Assembly (NCBI GenBank): GCA_977017575.1
Contig: CDRNVI010000213.1
Coordinates: 1 to 40,544, forward strand
Direction of reading: 5' to 3'
DNA: 40,544 bases
Origin: Paramoeba atlantica
Taxonomy: Eukaryota > Protista > Discosea
In this document: one piece after another, positions 24,312 through 35,598 of the stretch
Numbering within the stretch: the first letter of the stretch is position 1
How the letters are laid out: every line of letters begins with the position of its first letter
Position numbers and translations under genes: made by a program
Notes under the pieces: model-generated
Database searches by the model: none
What the model was told of the DNA's origin: nothing
The model's input: the letters and a program-made list of their open reading frames with translations, nothing else

Positions 24312-25149
24312 ATGGACGAAAATCGTGTGTTGTTGGACCAGTTGATGGGGATCGACAGAACTGGAGACCTTCTTGAAACGAATGAGGTTCTCAGGATCGA
24401 TGATCCTGATGTTTGTAAAAACTATTTGTGTGGATTCTGTCTTCCTGAACTTTTTGCCAATACAAAGAGCGCGCTCGGTTTGCCTTTTGTTGTTTCTTCT
24501 TCTTTCTGTTTCTGTTTCTGAGGGGCACTGACTCCCCTTTTTTTTTGTCTTAGAGCCTTGTTTGAAAAAACATGATCATTTTCTTCAACAAGAATATCAA
24601 CAGATGCTTGCAATTGGAAAAACCACCGAATACGGTTATGAGTTTGATTTTCTTCAAGAACTCGAGGCTCTCGTTAAAGTTCGAGATCGAAAGTTTTTTT
24701 CTTCTTTGTTTTTTCCCTTTTTCTTCTTTTGTTTTTGAAAGGAAAAAACTGACTTTGATTCTTCAAAGGGTCAAGCAAATCAAAGAAAGAATCGGAGAAG
24801 ACAAGGTAGGTTTTTTTTTTCTCGTTCTTGAGCCGCTTCTACATTTTTTCAAAAAATTGAGAGCTTTTTCACAGGATCAACCTGATGCTCTCACTCTGAA
24901 AGTTTGTGAGGAATGTGGAGGGATAATGGTTTCAAACGACTCAGAAGATCGAATTCAAAGTCATCTACAAGGAAAACATCATCTTGGTTTTGTTCGAATT
25001 TGTGAAACGATTAAAGAACTGAAGGTTTTCTTTTCATTTTTGTCTTGTTTTTCTTTGTTTTTTTTTTGGTGGTGGTTGTTTAATTTTCATGGTAGATGGT
25101 GAATCTCAAACCTGCAAAGAGAGAGGCTGGTGGTTCTGATGAGTCTTGA
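24312..25149 (+). CDS. LUC7: LUC7-like U1 snRNP protein; exons 24312..24477, 24554..24692, 24769..24805, 24875..25024, 25096..25149 (about 181 aa)
   Basis: N-terminal RVLLDQLMG; ZnF1 VCKNYLCGFC...LGEPCLKKHD; ZnF2 VCEECGG...DRIQSHLQGKHHLGF. All match the Luc7 family pattern. Four introns of 69-76 nt, two with CTGAC branch sites. The exon 3 acceptor and last exon are less certain. Confidence 0.85.
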
Positions 25150-25248
25150 CTCGAAGAAAAGCAGGAAAAGAGATGGACCTTGGTTTCCCTTTTGCCTGAG
25201 AGATGAAAGGGGTGAGAAAAAGAAAAGAACCAACAAAAAAAGAAGAGG

Positions 25249-26081
25249 TCAAACCTCCACCCAGATGGTTAAGTTATCTCTCATGAGTTGCAATGACACA
25301 CATGCTTCTTTATATGAGTCTTCATCAATCGTGTCCAACTCTCCAATCGCACTATCAAACCCCTCCTTGGTCATTTTGATTGCTTTGTCTTCCTCTTCTT
25401 CATCCCAAAGAAACATTGAATAATAAAGAACACAACGCAACCGAGTGCTCTGAGTGCTGTGCAAATCACTCAAACAAATCTTCAGCGATTGTTCATAATA
25501 TTTCCGAGCCTCTTCAGGTTCATATGTTGTGTGATTTACACGCCCCTGATTGTGATTGGAATGAATCACAAAAAAAGAAAAAGAGAAAGAGGAAAAAATT
25601 ACCAGCATCCAATAAATGGAGGCCAAGAATTCTGGGTGAGAGGTTGATTGGTGGTTGACCCAAGAGTTGAAAACAGATTTGGTCAACTCAACAATCTTTT
25701 GGTTCTCATCAAAGATTGGATCCCCTTCTTTTTCGAATGTTCCTGTGGTAAGAATCACCTGTTTTTCGTTATTATCCTGCGCGAGAGAAACCAGAAAGAA
25801 AAAGAAAAGAACAAAACCAACTGTTCTCCAGTGTATCAATAGAATCCCAGTCTGAGTTCGCTTGAATTCTCGGAAGAGCTTCAAGCAAAAGAACACTCTT
25901 CTTTTCCTTCACTCCTTCTCAAGAAGAATCCCGAGAAGAAAATCCAAAAGAGAAAGGCGTGGCCAAAGGTGGTGAAACGTGATCATGAGAAAAAACAGAT
26001 TCAGAGAAAAGAAAAGTTGTTCTCACAATTGCAAAACTCACCCACCTCTCTTGTTTTCCTCTCTTTCCACAAGTTGCACAT
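25249..26081 (-). CDS. Divergent 14-3-3-like protein; tentative exons 26081..26042, 25917..25822, 25742..25603, 25545..25249 (about 190 aa)
   Basis: C-terminus FDSAIGELDTIDEDSYKEACVSLQLMRDNLTIW matches the 14-3-3 signature FDxAIxELDxLxExSYKDSTLIMQLLRDNLTLW. The last exon and the 57-nt intron 25546..25602 are well supported; the two 5' exons are a phase-consistent guess. Confidence 0.7.
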
Positions 26082-26421
26082 CAAAAACAAAAAGAAACGC
26101 CAAATTGAGAGACTCTGAAGGATAAAAATCGAAATTGTAGAAGAAGAAGGGATTGGAAAAAAAGAAGACCACCACACCACAACTGAGAGAAAAACTAAAA
26201 GGAGGGGGAAATTTTTTGAAGAAGATTAGGAAGATGAAGATCGCACCAAAGACTAAAAAGGAAGAATAAAAGAGAGAATAAAATTTCTTCATTAATTTCC
26301 TCTAAAAACAGAAAAAAGACGAATTGAAAATGAAGAAGAATCCACATTTTCATAAATGAAAAGAAAAAGAAAGAAAGAGAAAAGGAAAGAATAAAAAAAC
26401 AAACCCCTCCTCTCTTTTCAA

Positions 26422-28637
26422 TTAGTTCCAAAATTCAATTGACTCATTCCGCCCATCAGAAACAATAATTGATCCAAATGAATCAATAACAACCCCATTA
26501 GGATACTTCATGTGATGTTTACCAAACGAAAAAAGAAATGTTCCATCTTTCTCAAATACACTCACTCTTCTATTTTCTGAATCACAAACAACAATTCTAC
26601 CTTCCCCATCAACATCAACACCTCTAGGATAACTCAATTGAGAATCACCTGAACCAAATGTTCCAAAACATCGAATAAAATTCCCTTCAATATCCATCAC
26701 TTGAATCCGATGATTCTCAGAATCACAAACAACAATATTCCCATCTCTATCAACTCCAACATTGTTTGGGTAATGAAATTGACCTTCAGAAGGACCTTTT
26801 GAACCAAAAGAACAAAGAAAAGATCCATCTTTATCAAACACTTGAATTCGATTATTCCGAGTATCAACAACAATAATTCGACCTTCTTCATCCACATCCA
26901 CACCATATGGTTCATAAAACTGACCATCTTCAGAACCTTTTGATCCAAAAGATTTGATCAATTCTCCTTCTTCGTTTAAGATTACAACTTGATAACAACC
27001 TTGAGACCAATCAAGAACAACAATTTGATCATCCAATCCAATTGAAACATCAACAGGTTCCAAATGAAGTGAATCAATTGTTTTCTGAATTGTTGATTCA
27101 ATCATCTCATTTCCTTCTTTATCTCTCACTCTCAATCTACCCTCTTCACAAATAAAAATATTCCCATCACTGTTCACACTCACTCCAAAAGGTTGATTCT
27201 CCAAAGGAAAAAAAGAAGAAACAACACGAAATGAATCACCACCACCATCACAACAAATCACTCCTTTCTTTGGTTTTGGTACAACACCTCCTTCAAAAAC
27301 AATATCATTTGCAGTTTGAAGAAGAGTTGAAAAAAGTTGATCATCAAAAAAGAGAGAAAGATCACAATCAGTTGTTGTTGGTGTGTTGGATAAACGAATA
27401 ATTGAATCTTTTCTGATTCTCAAATCTTCTTTCTCCAATTCTATTTCTTTCTTTTCAATTCTTTTCTTTTCTAATTTCTCTTCGAATTCTTTCATTTCTT
27501 CTTCAATTCTTTTTCTTTTCCTCTCAATCAAAATCAATCTTTTCTCCAATCTATCTCCAATCTTTACAACTTCATTCTTTTTCTCTAAAATACTTTCTTC
27601 AATCGATTTCACTTTCTTTCTGTGATCATCATGTGTACCAAGAATACAACGAGTACAAACAAAAGAAGAACATTGAAAACAATATCCACAAATTGTTTCA
27701 GATGGGTGTTTTGAACATTCTCTCTTCTTCAAATTCTCCAATCCCACTCTCACCACCCTCTCCTCCTCCAATCTTCTTCTTCTTCCACCTCCCTCAACAC
27801 CATCTCTTTCAGATCGTTTGTGATTTCGAGTGAAAATAGTTGAAGTGTGAGAAGGATCACAAGAATCACAAATAAACATTTTACAATCAGAACAATACAT
27901 TTGAGTTTGTTCTCCACACGTTTCGAAATTTACACATCTTGGGACAACTTCCTCTTCTATTTTTATGTTCAAAAAAAGGAAGTCAGTCAATTCTCCTCCA
28001 ACTCCAAAGAGAAAAGAAAAAAGCAAAAAGTAAAACCTGAAGTTGATTGATTGGAGAAAGAGATCAAATTTGAAGAAAGAAGAACATCAATCGTTTCTGG
28101 AATCAAATAATTCATCGAAAGTGTCTCAACGCTTTCACATTCGTTCACTTCTCGACAAACTGGACAGTTCACTCCTCTCAAGGAGGAACAAGAAGAGGTA
28201 GCAGAGGGAGAGGGAGAGGGAGAGGAAGAAGAGGAGGAAGAAGAGGAAGGATTTTGAAGAAGAAAGAGTTTGTTGAGACAAAGAGAACAAAAAGAAAGAC
28301 CACAACAAGGTAACAACCTTGGTTCTTTTTCCCAACTCATCAACTCCAAACAAACTCCACATTCAAATCTTTTCTTTTTCTCTTCTTCTTCTCTTCTTCT
28401 TTTTATCACCTCTTCTTCTCTTTCTCCTTCTATATTTTCTTCTCCTTCATTTTGTCCCATTTCTTGTTCTCTCTTTCCAAGAACATCCTCACTTCTTCTT
28501 TCTCTTTGTTCTCTTTCATCATCATCATTCTCAACCTCAATTTGTTCTTTCGTTCCTCTCTTTGATTTTCTTTTCCCCTCCTCCTCACTCCCACTTCTCA
28601 CCACTTTTCTCTTTCTCTTTCCTCTTTGATCATTCAT
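26422..28637 (-). CDS. TRIM-NHL copy 8, intact, exons 28637..28037 and 27956..26422, 711 aa
   Basis: ATG at 28637 (MNDQRGKRKR); 80-nt intron 27957..28036 with a CTGAC branch site. All domains are in frame. Confidence 0.9.
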
Positions 28638-28740
28638 TCTCTTTTTGCTCTTCAAACAAAATCAAATCAAAACAGGCTGTTTTCCAGGAAAATGAAGAAT
28701 CAGAGTTCAAGGCCTTCCCAAACGCGGATGATCGCTCTTT

Positions 28741-28799
28741 GTGTTGATCTGATTAAATGTCAACAGCGCCCACCACTGCTTTCTGTTGACAGTCAACAC
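28741..28799. other. Nested inverted repeat / potential hairpin
   Basis: GTGTTGA (28741-47) pairs with TCAACAC (28793-99), and TGTCAACAG (28758-66) pairs with CTGTTGACA (28783-91). Confidence 0.5.
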
Positions 28800-29323
28800 C
28801 CTCACTTCCCACCTCGAAAGGAAAGAGGAGAACAAAACTTTCTCCAAAACACTGAAAGTCGATCTTTTTTAAAGTTTCACAACCACGCCCAGAAAAAAAG
28901 AGAAACAAAAAGAGGACTGAAAGAAAGAGAGAGGGAAGAAAAGAGAGAGGAGGATTAAATATCATGTCAGAAAGAAAGAAAAGATATTTTCTCTTCAAAC
29001 AAGTAATTGTCTTCAAGAGGAGAGATGGGAAGAAAAATGAAAATTGAAAAGAAAAAACAAACCTCTCTTCCAAAGAAAAAAAGGACACAAAAAAGTTCAA
29101 AGCTCACAACCTAGAAAGAGAACCAAGAAGAGAAGACAGAAAGACAGAAAATCAAAAACGAGAGAGAGAGAGAAAGGTCCAAAATGAATACACAGGCGAC
29201 TGAAGAGGGACAAATGAAAACGAGAGGGAAAAAGAGATAAAAGAGACAAGACAGTCAAAGAAAGAGAGAGAGGGAAGAAAAGGAAACAGAAAAAACACAC
29301 ACAAAAAAAGAAAGGGTCCGAAA

Positions 29324-29350
29324 AGACGATTCAAAACTTTTTAAACAGCT
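29324..29350. promoter_or_regulatory. Conserved 27-bp spacer motif, occurrence 3 (between divergent copies 8 and 9)
   Basis: AGACGATTCAAAACTTTTTAAACAGCT; same 19-nt core. Confidence 0.45.
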
Positions 29351-29605
29351 GAAATTTTTTTTTTTGTTTTGTTTTTCCTCTTCTCTCTTCTGTGTCTTCG
29401 TTTGGGTGGTTTGTATTTTCTCCCATTTTCTTTTTCACCTTCTTTTTCTCAATTTTCTTTCCATCTCAGAGCGTTTTTCTCTGCTTCTCTTCTTGATTCC
29501 AGTATTGTGGTGCTTTTTTCATCTTTTCTTACTCATTGAAGAAAGTCTTGTTTTTCTTCCTTTTTGAACTTTTGCAAATTGCTCATTTTTTTTTTTGGCA
29601 GGAGA

Positions 29606-31702
29606 ATGAGTGAAGCAAGAGGAAAGAGAGAACATCAGAAAGATGAAGGGGAAGAGGAAGAAGAAGAGAAAAAGAAAAGATTTGAATGTGGGATATGTTT
29701 GGAGTTGATGAGTTGGGAAAAAGAACCGAGGTTGTTACCTTGTTGTGGTCTTTCTTTTTGCTCTCTTTGCCTCAACAAACTCTTTCTTCTTCAAAATCCT
29801 TCCTCTTCTTCTTGTTCTCCCTCTCCCTCTCCCTCTCCCTCTTCTTCTTCCTCTCTTTCTTCCTCTCCTTCTTCTCCCGCATCTCCTTCTTGTTCTCCCT
29901 CTTCTTCCTCTTCCTCTTCCACTTCTTCACTCTCTTTGAGAGGAGTGAAATGTCCAGTGTGTAGCGAACTGAATGAATGTGAAACAATTGAAACCCTTGA
30001 AAAGAATTTTTTGATTCCAGAAACGATTGATGTTCTTCTTTCTTCAAATTTGATCTCTTTCTCCAATCAATCAACTTCAGGTTTTTACTTTTTGTTTTTT
30101 TCTTTCTTTTTGTTGAGGAGACTTGACTAACTTTTTGTTGTTTGTTGAAAAGATACTAGAAGAAGAGAAGAGGAAGATAGAAGGAGATGCGTGAATTTTG
30201 AAACGTGTGGAGAGCAAACTCGAATGTATTGTTCTGATTGTAAAGTGTTTATATGTGATTCTTGTGATTCCTCTCACTCTTCTTCTATTTTCACTCGAAA
30301 TCACAATCGATCTCAACAACGAACTCTTACTCGTGGTGATGATGATGATGTTGGTTTTGTGGGAATGGAGAAATTGAGAAAGAGAGAATGTTCAAAACAC
30401 CCATCTGAAACAATCAGTGGATATTGTTTTCAATGTTCTTCTTTTGTTTGTGTTCGTTGTATTCTTAGATCTCATGATAACCACAGAAAGAAAGTGAATT
30501 TCCTGGAAGAGAGTGTCCTGATGAAGAGAAGTGAAGTTGTAAAGATTGGAGATAGATTGGAGAAAAGATTGATTTTTATTGAAAAGAAAAGAAAAAGAAT
30601 TGAAAAAGAAATGAAAGAATTGGAAGAGATATTAGAAAAGAAAAGAATTGAAAAGAAAGAAATAGAATTGGAGAAAGAAGATTTAAGAATAAGAAAAGAT
30701 TCAATTATTCGTTTATCCAACACACCAACTGATATCTCTCTTTTTGATGATCAACTTTTTTCAACTCTTCTTCAAACTGCAACTGATATTGTCTCTGAAG
30801 GAGGTGTTGTTGGATTCCTGAAACCAAAGAAAGGAGTGATTTGTTGTGATGGTGGTGGTGATTCGTTTCGTGTTGTTTCTTCTTTTCCTTTGGATGAGAA
30901 ACCTTATGGAGTGAGTGTGGACAGTGATGGGAATATTTTTATTTGTGAACTCCAGGGCGGATTGAAAGTGAGAGATAAAGAAGGAAATGAGATTGAATCA
31001 CTTCAGAAAACGTTTGATTCACTTCAGTTGAGGCCTATTGCTGTTTCAATTGGATTGAATGATCAAATTGTTGTTCTTGATTGGTCACAACCGGAACGAA
31101 AGTTTGAATCTAAAAGGAGACTTGGAATATTGAGCAAAGAAGGAGAATTAATCAAATCTTTTGGAACAGACGGTTACCAACCTGGTCAGTTTGACCGACC
31201 AAGTGGTGTGGATGTGGATAAAGATGGTCAAATTATTGTTGCCGACACTTACCATCATCGACTTCAAGTGTTCAATAAGGATGGATCTTTTCTTCGTTCT
31301 ATTGGTTCAAAAGGTTCTTCTGAAGGTCAGTTTTACCAACCTTACGGTATTAGAGTTGATAGAGATGGGAATATTGTTGTTTGTGATTGTGAAAATCATC
31401 GAATTCAAGTGATGGATATTGAAGGGAATTTTATTCGATGTTTTGGAACCAGAGGTTCAGATGATTCTCAATTAAGTTATCCAAAAAGTGTTGATGTGGA
31501 TGGGGAAGGTAGAATTGTTGTTTGTGAAGGAGGAAATCGGCGAGTGAGTGTGTTTGAGAAAGATGGAACATTTCTTTTTTCGTTTGGTAAACATCACATG
31601 AGCGAACCTCATGGGGTTGTTATTGATTCATTTGGATCAATTATTGTTTCTGATTGGGCGAAAAAGTCCATTGAAGTGTGGGACTTCCAAAAGTTTTTTT
31701 AG
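29606..31702 (+). CDS. TRIM-NHL copy 9, intact and among the most divergent, exons 29606..30080 and about 30153..31702, about 674 aa
   Basis: Short N-terminal tail; intron from 30081 with a GACTAAC branch site and first in-phase AG at 30151-30152. All domains are in frame. Confidence 0.88.
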
Positions 31703-32268
31703 TTGTGGGTTTGTACTTTGCTTTCCTTTTTTGTTGTTCATCACTCTTTGGGTTTATTTGAATGTGCGTGGGTCTTTTTTTCCTCTTTCTTGTTTCGTGT
31801 TTCATGATTTATTTTTTTTCAAAGGTGAAAAGAAGGAATTTGAAACATTTGACAAAAGTTTTATGTTTTCGGAACTTCAAATAAATCTTTATCGTTGTTG
31901 ACAAGTTGATTCTTCTCGCATATCCTCAACAAGCAACTCAGCGACACACCAAATTTGAGAGTGATGTAATTCTGGATAACAACAAAAGGGTCAATAATAA
32001 AAAAGTTGTTTTTGGGCATGTTGAGTTTGTATTGAAATTCAATCAACAAAAAGAACAGACAAAAGGAAACAAAAAAGAACAAAAATAATAAATTGACACA
32101 AAAAATAAAACAAACCAAAAAGAAAAGAGAAAAAAAGAAAAAAAGAAAAAAAGAAATAAACAAACAAAGAAACACCTGCACACTTCTCATTTTAAATGAA
32201 AACAAAATAAAGAGAAAAGAAAATGAAAAAAAAACGGAACCTCCTTCCCTCTTCCTCTCTTCAAAAAA

Positions 32269-34584
32269 TTATTTCCAAAATTCAATTGACTTCTTCTCCC
32301 AATCAGAAACAATAATTGATCCAAATGAATCAACAACAACCCCATTCGGATAATTCATGCGATCTCCACCAAACGAAAAAAGAAATGTTCCATCTTTCTC
32401 AAACACACTCACTCTTCCATTTCCTGAATCACAAACAACAATTCTACCTTCCCCATCAACATCAACACCTTTTGGACCATTGAATTGAGAAGGACCTGAA
32501 CCTTTTGTTCCAAAACATCGAATAAAATTCCCTTCAATATCCATCACTTGAATCCGATGATTCCCAGAATCACAAACAACAATATTCCCATCTCCATCAA
32601 CTCCAACACCGTTTGGTTGATTAAATTGACTTTCAGAAGAACCAAATGAACCAAAAGAATGAAGAAAAGATCCATCATTATCAAACACTTGAATTCGATC
32701 ATTTCCAGAGTCAGCAACAATAATTCTACCTTCTTCATCCACATCCACACCACATGGTTCATAAAACTGACCATCTTCAGAACCAACCAATCCAAAAGAT
32801 TTGATCAATTCTCCTTCTTTGTTTAAGATTACAACTCGAAAATCTTGAGAATGATCAAGAACAACAATTTGATCATTCAATCCAATTGAAACATCAACAG
32901 GATCCAACTGAAGTGAATCAATTGTTTTCTGAATTGTTGATTCAATCATCTCATTTCCTTCTTTATCTCTCACACTCAATCCCTCTTCACAAATAAAAAT
33001 ATTCCCATCACTGTTCACACTCACTCCAAAAGGTACATTCTCCAAAGGAAAAGAAGAAACAAAACGAAAAGAATCACCACCACCATCACAACAAATCACT
33101 CCTTTCTTTGGTTTGAGTAATCCAACAACACCTCCTTCAAAAACAATATCATTTGCAGTTTGAAGAAGAGTTGAAAAAAGTTGATCATCAAAAAAGAGAG
33201 AAAGATCACAATCAGTTGTTGTTGTTGTTGTTGTTGGTGTGTTGGATAAACGAATGATTGAATCTTTTCTGATTCTCAAATCTTCTTTCTCTAATTCTAT
33301 TTCTTTCTTTTCAATTCTTTTCTTTTCTAATTTCTCTTCTAATTCTTTCATTTCTTTTTCAATTCTTTTTCTTTTCTTTTCAATCCAAATCAATCTTTTC
33401 TCCAATTTATCTCCAATCTTTAAAACTTCATCCCTTTTCTCCAAAATACTTTCTTCAATTGATTTCACTTTCTTTCTGTGATCATCATGTGTTTCAAGAA
33501 TACAACGAGTACAAACAAAAGAAGAACATTGAAAACAATATCCACAAATTGTTTCAGATGGGTGTTTTGAACATTCTCTCTTCTTCAAATTCTCCAATCC
33601 CATCACTCCCACCACCCCTCCCTCCTCTTCCAATCTTCTTCTTCCACCTCCTCCCTCAACACCATCTCTTTCACATCGTTTGTGATTTTGAGAGAAAATA
33701 GTTGAAGTGTGAGATGGATCACAAGAATCACAAATAAACATGTTACAAAGAGGACAAAACATTCGAGTTTGTTTTCCACACGTTTCAAAATTCGCACATT
33801 TTGATCCACCATCTCCTGTTGTTTTGTTTTTCAAAAAACATGTTTTTTCAACTGTTGAAATAACCTTTCTCTCAAAAAAAGAAAAAAAAGAAAAAAAGAG
33901 AGGAAGAGAGGAAAGTTAGAGTTCAAAAATGGAGAAAAAAACGGAGAAACCTGAAGTTGGTTGTTGGGATAAAGAAATCAAATTTGAAGAAAGAAGAACA
34001 TCAATCGTTTCTGGAATCAAATAATTCATCGAAAGTGTTTCAACGCTTTCACATTCGTTCATTTCTCTACAAACTGGACATTTCACTCCTTTCAAAGAGG
34101 GAGAAGAAGAGGAAGAAGAAGGAGAGGAAGAAGAAGAAGAAGAAGAGGAAGGATTTTGAAGAAAGAGTTTGTTGAGACAAAGAGAACAAAAAGAAAGACC
34201 ACAACAAGGTAACAACCTTGGTTCTTTTTCCCAACTCATCAATTCCAAACATATTCCACATTCAAATCTTTTCTTTTTCTCTTCTTCTTCCTTTCTCCTT
34301 CTTTTTATCGCCATTTCTTTTCTTTCTCTTTCTTCCTCTCCTTCTCCTTCATTTTGTCCCACTTGTTGTTCTCTCTTTCCAAGAACATCTTCACTTCTTC
34401 TTTCTCTTTGTTCTTTTTCATCATCATCATTATCTCCAATCACAACAACAACAACATCACCACAATCTGTTGTTTGATCTTCTTTCTCTTTCTTTCCTCT
34501 TTTGGTTTTTCTCTTTTTCTCACTTTCTAATTCTATTCCTTGTTCTCCTCCTCCTCTCTTTCTCTTTTCTCTTTTTTCACTCAT
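32269..34584 (-). CDS. TRIM-NHL copy 10, intact, exons 34584..33951 and 33815..32269, 726 aa
   Basis: ATG at 34584 (MSEKREKRKR); 135-nt phase-1 intron 33816..33950. All domains are in frame. Confidence 0.9.
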
Positions 34585-34969
34585 TTTGTCTCTCTTCTCT
34601 CTGTGTGGACAAAAGAAATCAATCAACAAAAAAAAGAAAGAAAAGAAAAGAAAAAGAAAAAAAAAACAAACAATCTCTTTCACCAAATTTGAGAAAATAA
34701 AGATCAAAGAAAAAGAACAAACAAAAACACCTTCCCAAAAGAATGAACTCAAAAGAGATAGAGTGCGAAGAGTGTGAGAGAAGAGGATCAAAATGTGATT
34801 GTTCAAAAACACACACAAAAAAACAAGAGAGAGATGGAGAGGAAGAGGGAGAAAGATATCCTCTCTGAAAGAAAAGAAAAGAAATGTGAGAGAGGGAAAA
34901 AAACAATCAAAAAAATCATCACACACAAAATAAAAAATCAAAAGAAATGGATGAAAAAAAATGAAAATT

Positions 34970-35010
34970 GAAAAATGAAAAATGAAAAATGAAAAATGAA
35001 AAATGAAAAT
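34970..35010 (+). repeat. (GAAAAAT)n tandem repeat
   Basis: Five perfect 7-mers at 34970-35004 plus a degenerate unit. Confidence 0.85.
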
Positions 35011-35571
35011 GAAACCAAAAAGTATCCCCACTCAAAGAGACTCTGCTGATACCCCAAAACAAAAATGAAATGAGTGAACAATCAAGAAAATAGAGATGTC
35101 TCCCACACAAACCCACAAAGACACAAGAAGAGAGAGAGAAAGAGGTTTTCTGATAATTTTGTTTTTTCAATAAATTGAGATAAAAAAAAAGAGAAAAAAG
35201 AAGAAAAATGAAAATACAAACATCTCTCTCTCAAAAAGTGAGGAAAGGATTTTTCGTTTCAAAGAAAGAGAAGAGAAGAGAAAAAGAGTCTCTCTCTCTC
35301 CCAAAAACAAAAACTCTCAAAGAAGAGATTCTCCAAAAATGAAAACACCACCAAAGAAGAAGAAGAAGAAGAAGAAGAAAGAGAAAAATCCAAACGAAAA
35401 TATGAGAGAGAATGAGATCCCAAAAAACCAAAAACCTCAAAAAAGAACAACCCCAAAAAAGAGAGGCACAAGAAACGAAATGAGAGAGAGAGAGAGAAAG
35501 GAGAGAGAAGAGAGAAGAGAGGGAAGAACGAAAAGAAAAAGTTTTTGGTGTGTTTTTGTGATATTTTTTTC

Positions 35572-35598
35572 AGAGGTTTAAAAAGTTTTGAATCCTCT
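35572..35598. promoter_or_regulatory. Conserved 27-bp spacer motif, occurrence 4 (between divergent copies 10 and 11)
   Basis: AGAGGTTTAAAAAGTTTTGAATCCTCT, identical to occurrence 2. Confidence 0.45.

Noticed and set aside
3600-33100. Diversity-generating retroelement or CRISPR-like mechanism behind the loop variation
   Set aside because: No reverse transcriptase, template/variable repeat pair, evident adenine-only pattern or repeat-spacer array in the window.
34970-35010. (GAAAAAT)n and (ATTTTC)n at 39098 as telomere seeds
   Set aside because: Short, interstitial, G-poor and of different periods; best explained as microsatellites.
33916-35031. Long N-terminal extension of the copy 10 RING ORF
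   Set aside because: The extension is low-complexity spacer; the homologous ATG is at 34584, preceded by a CACAG acceptor-like site typical of a 5'-UTR intron.
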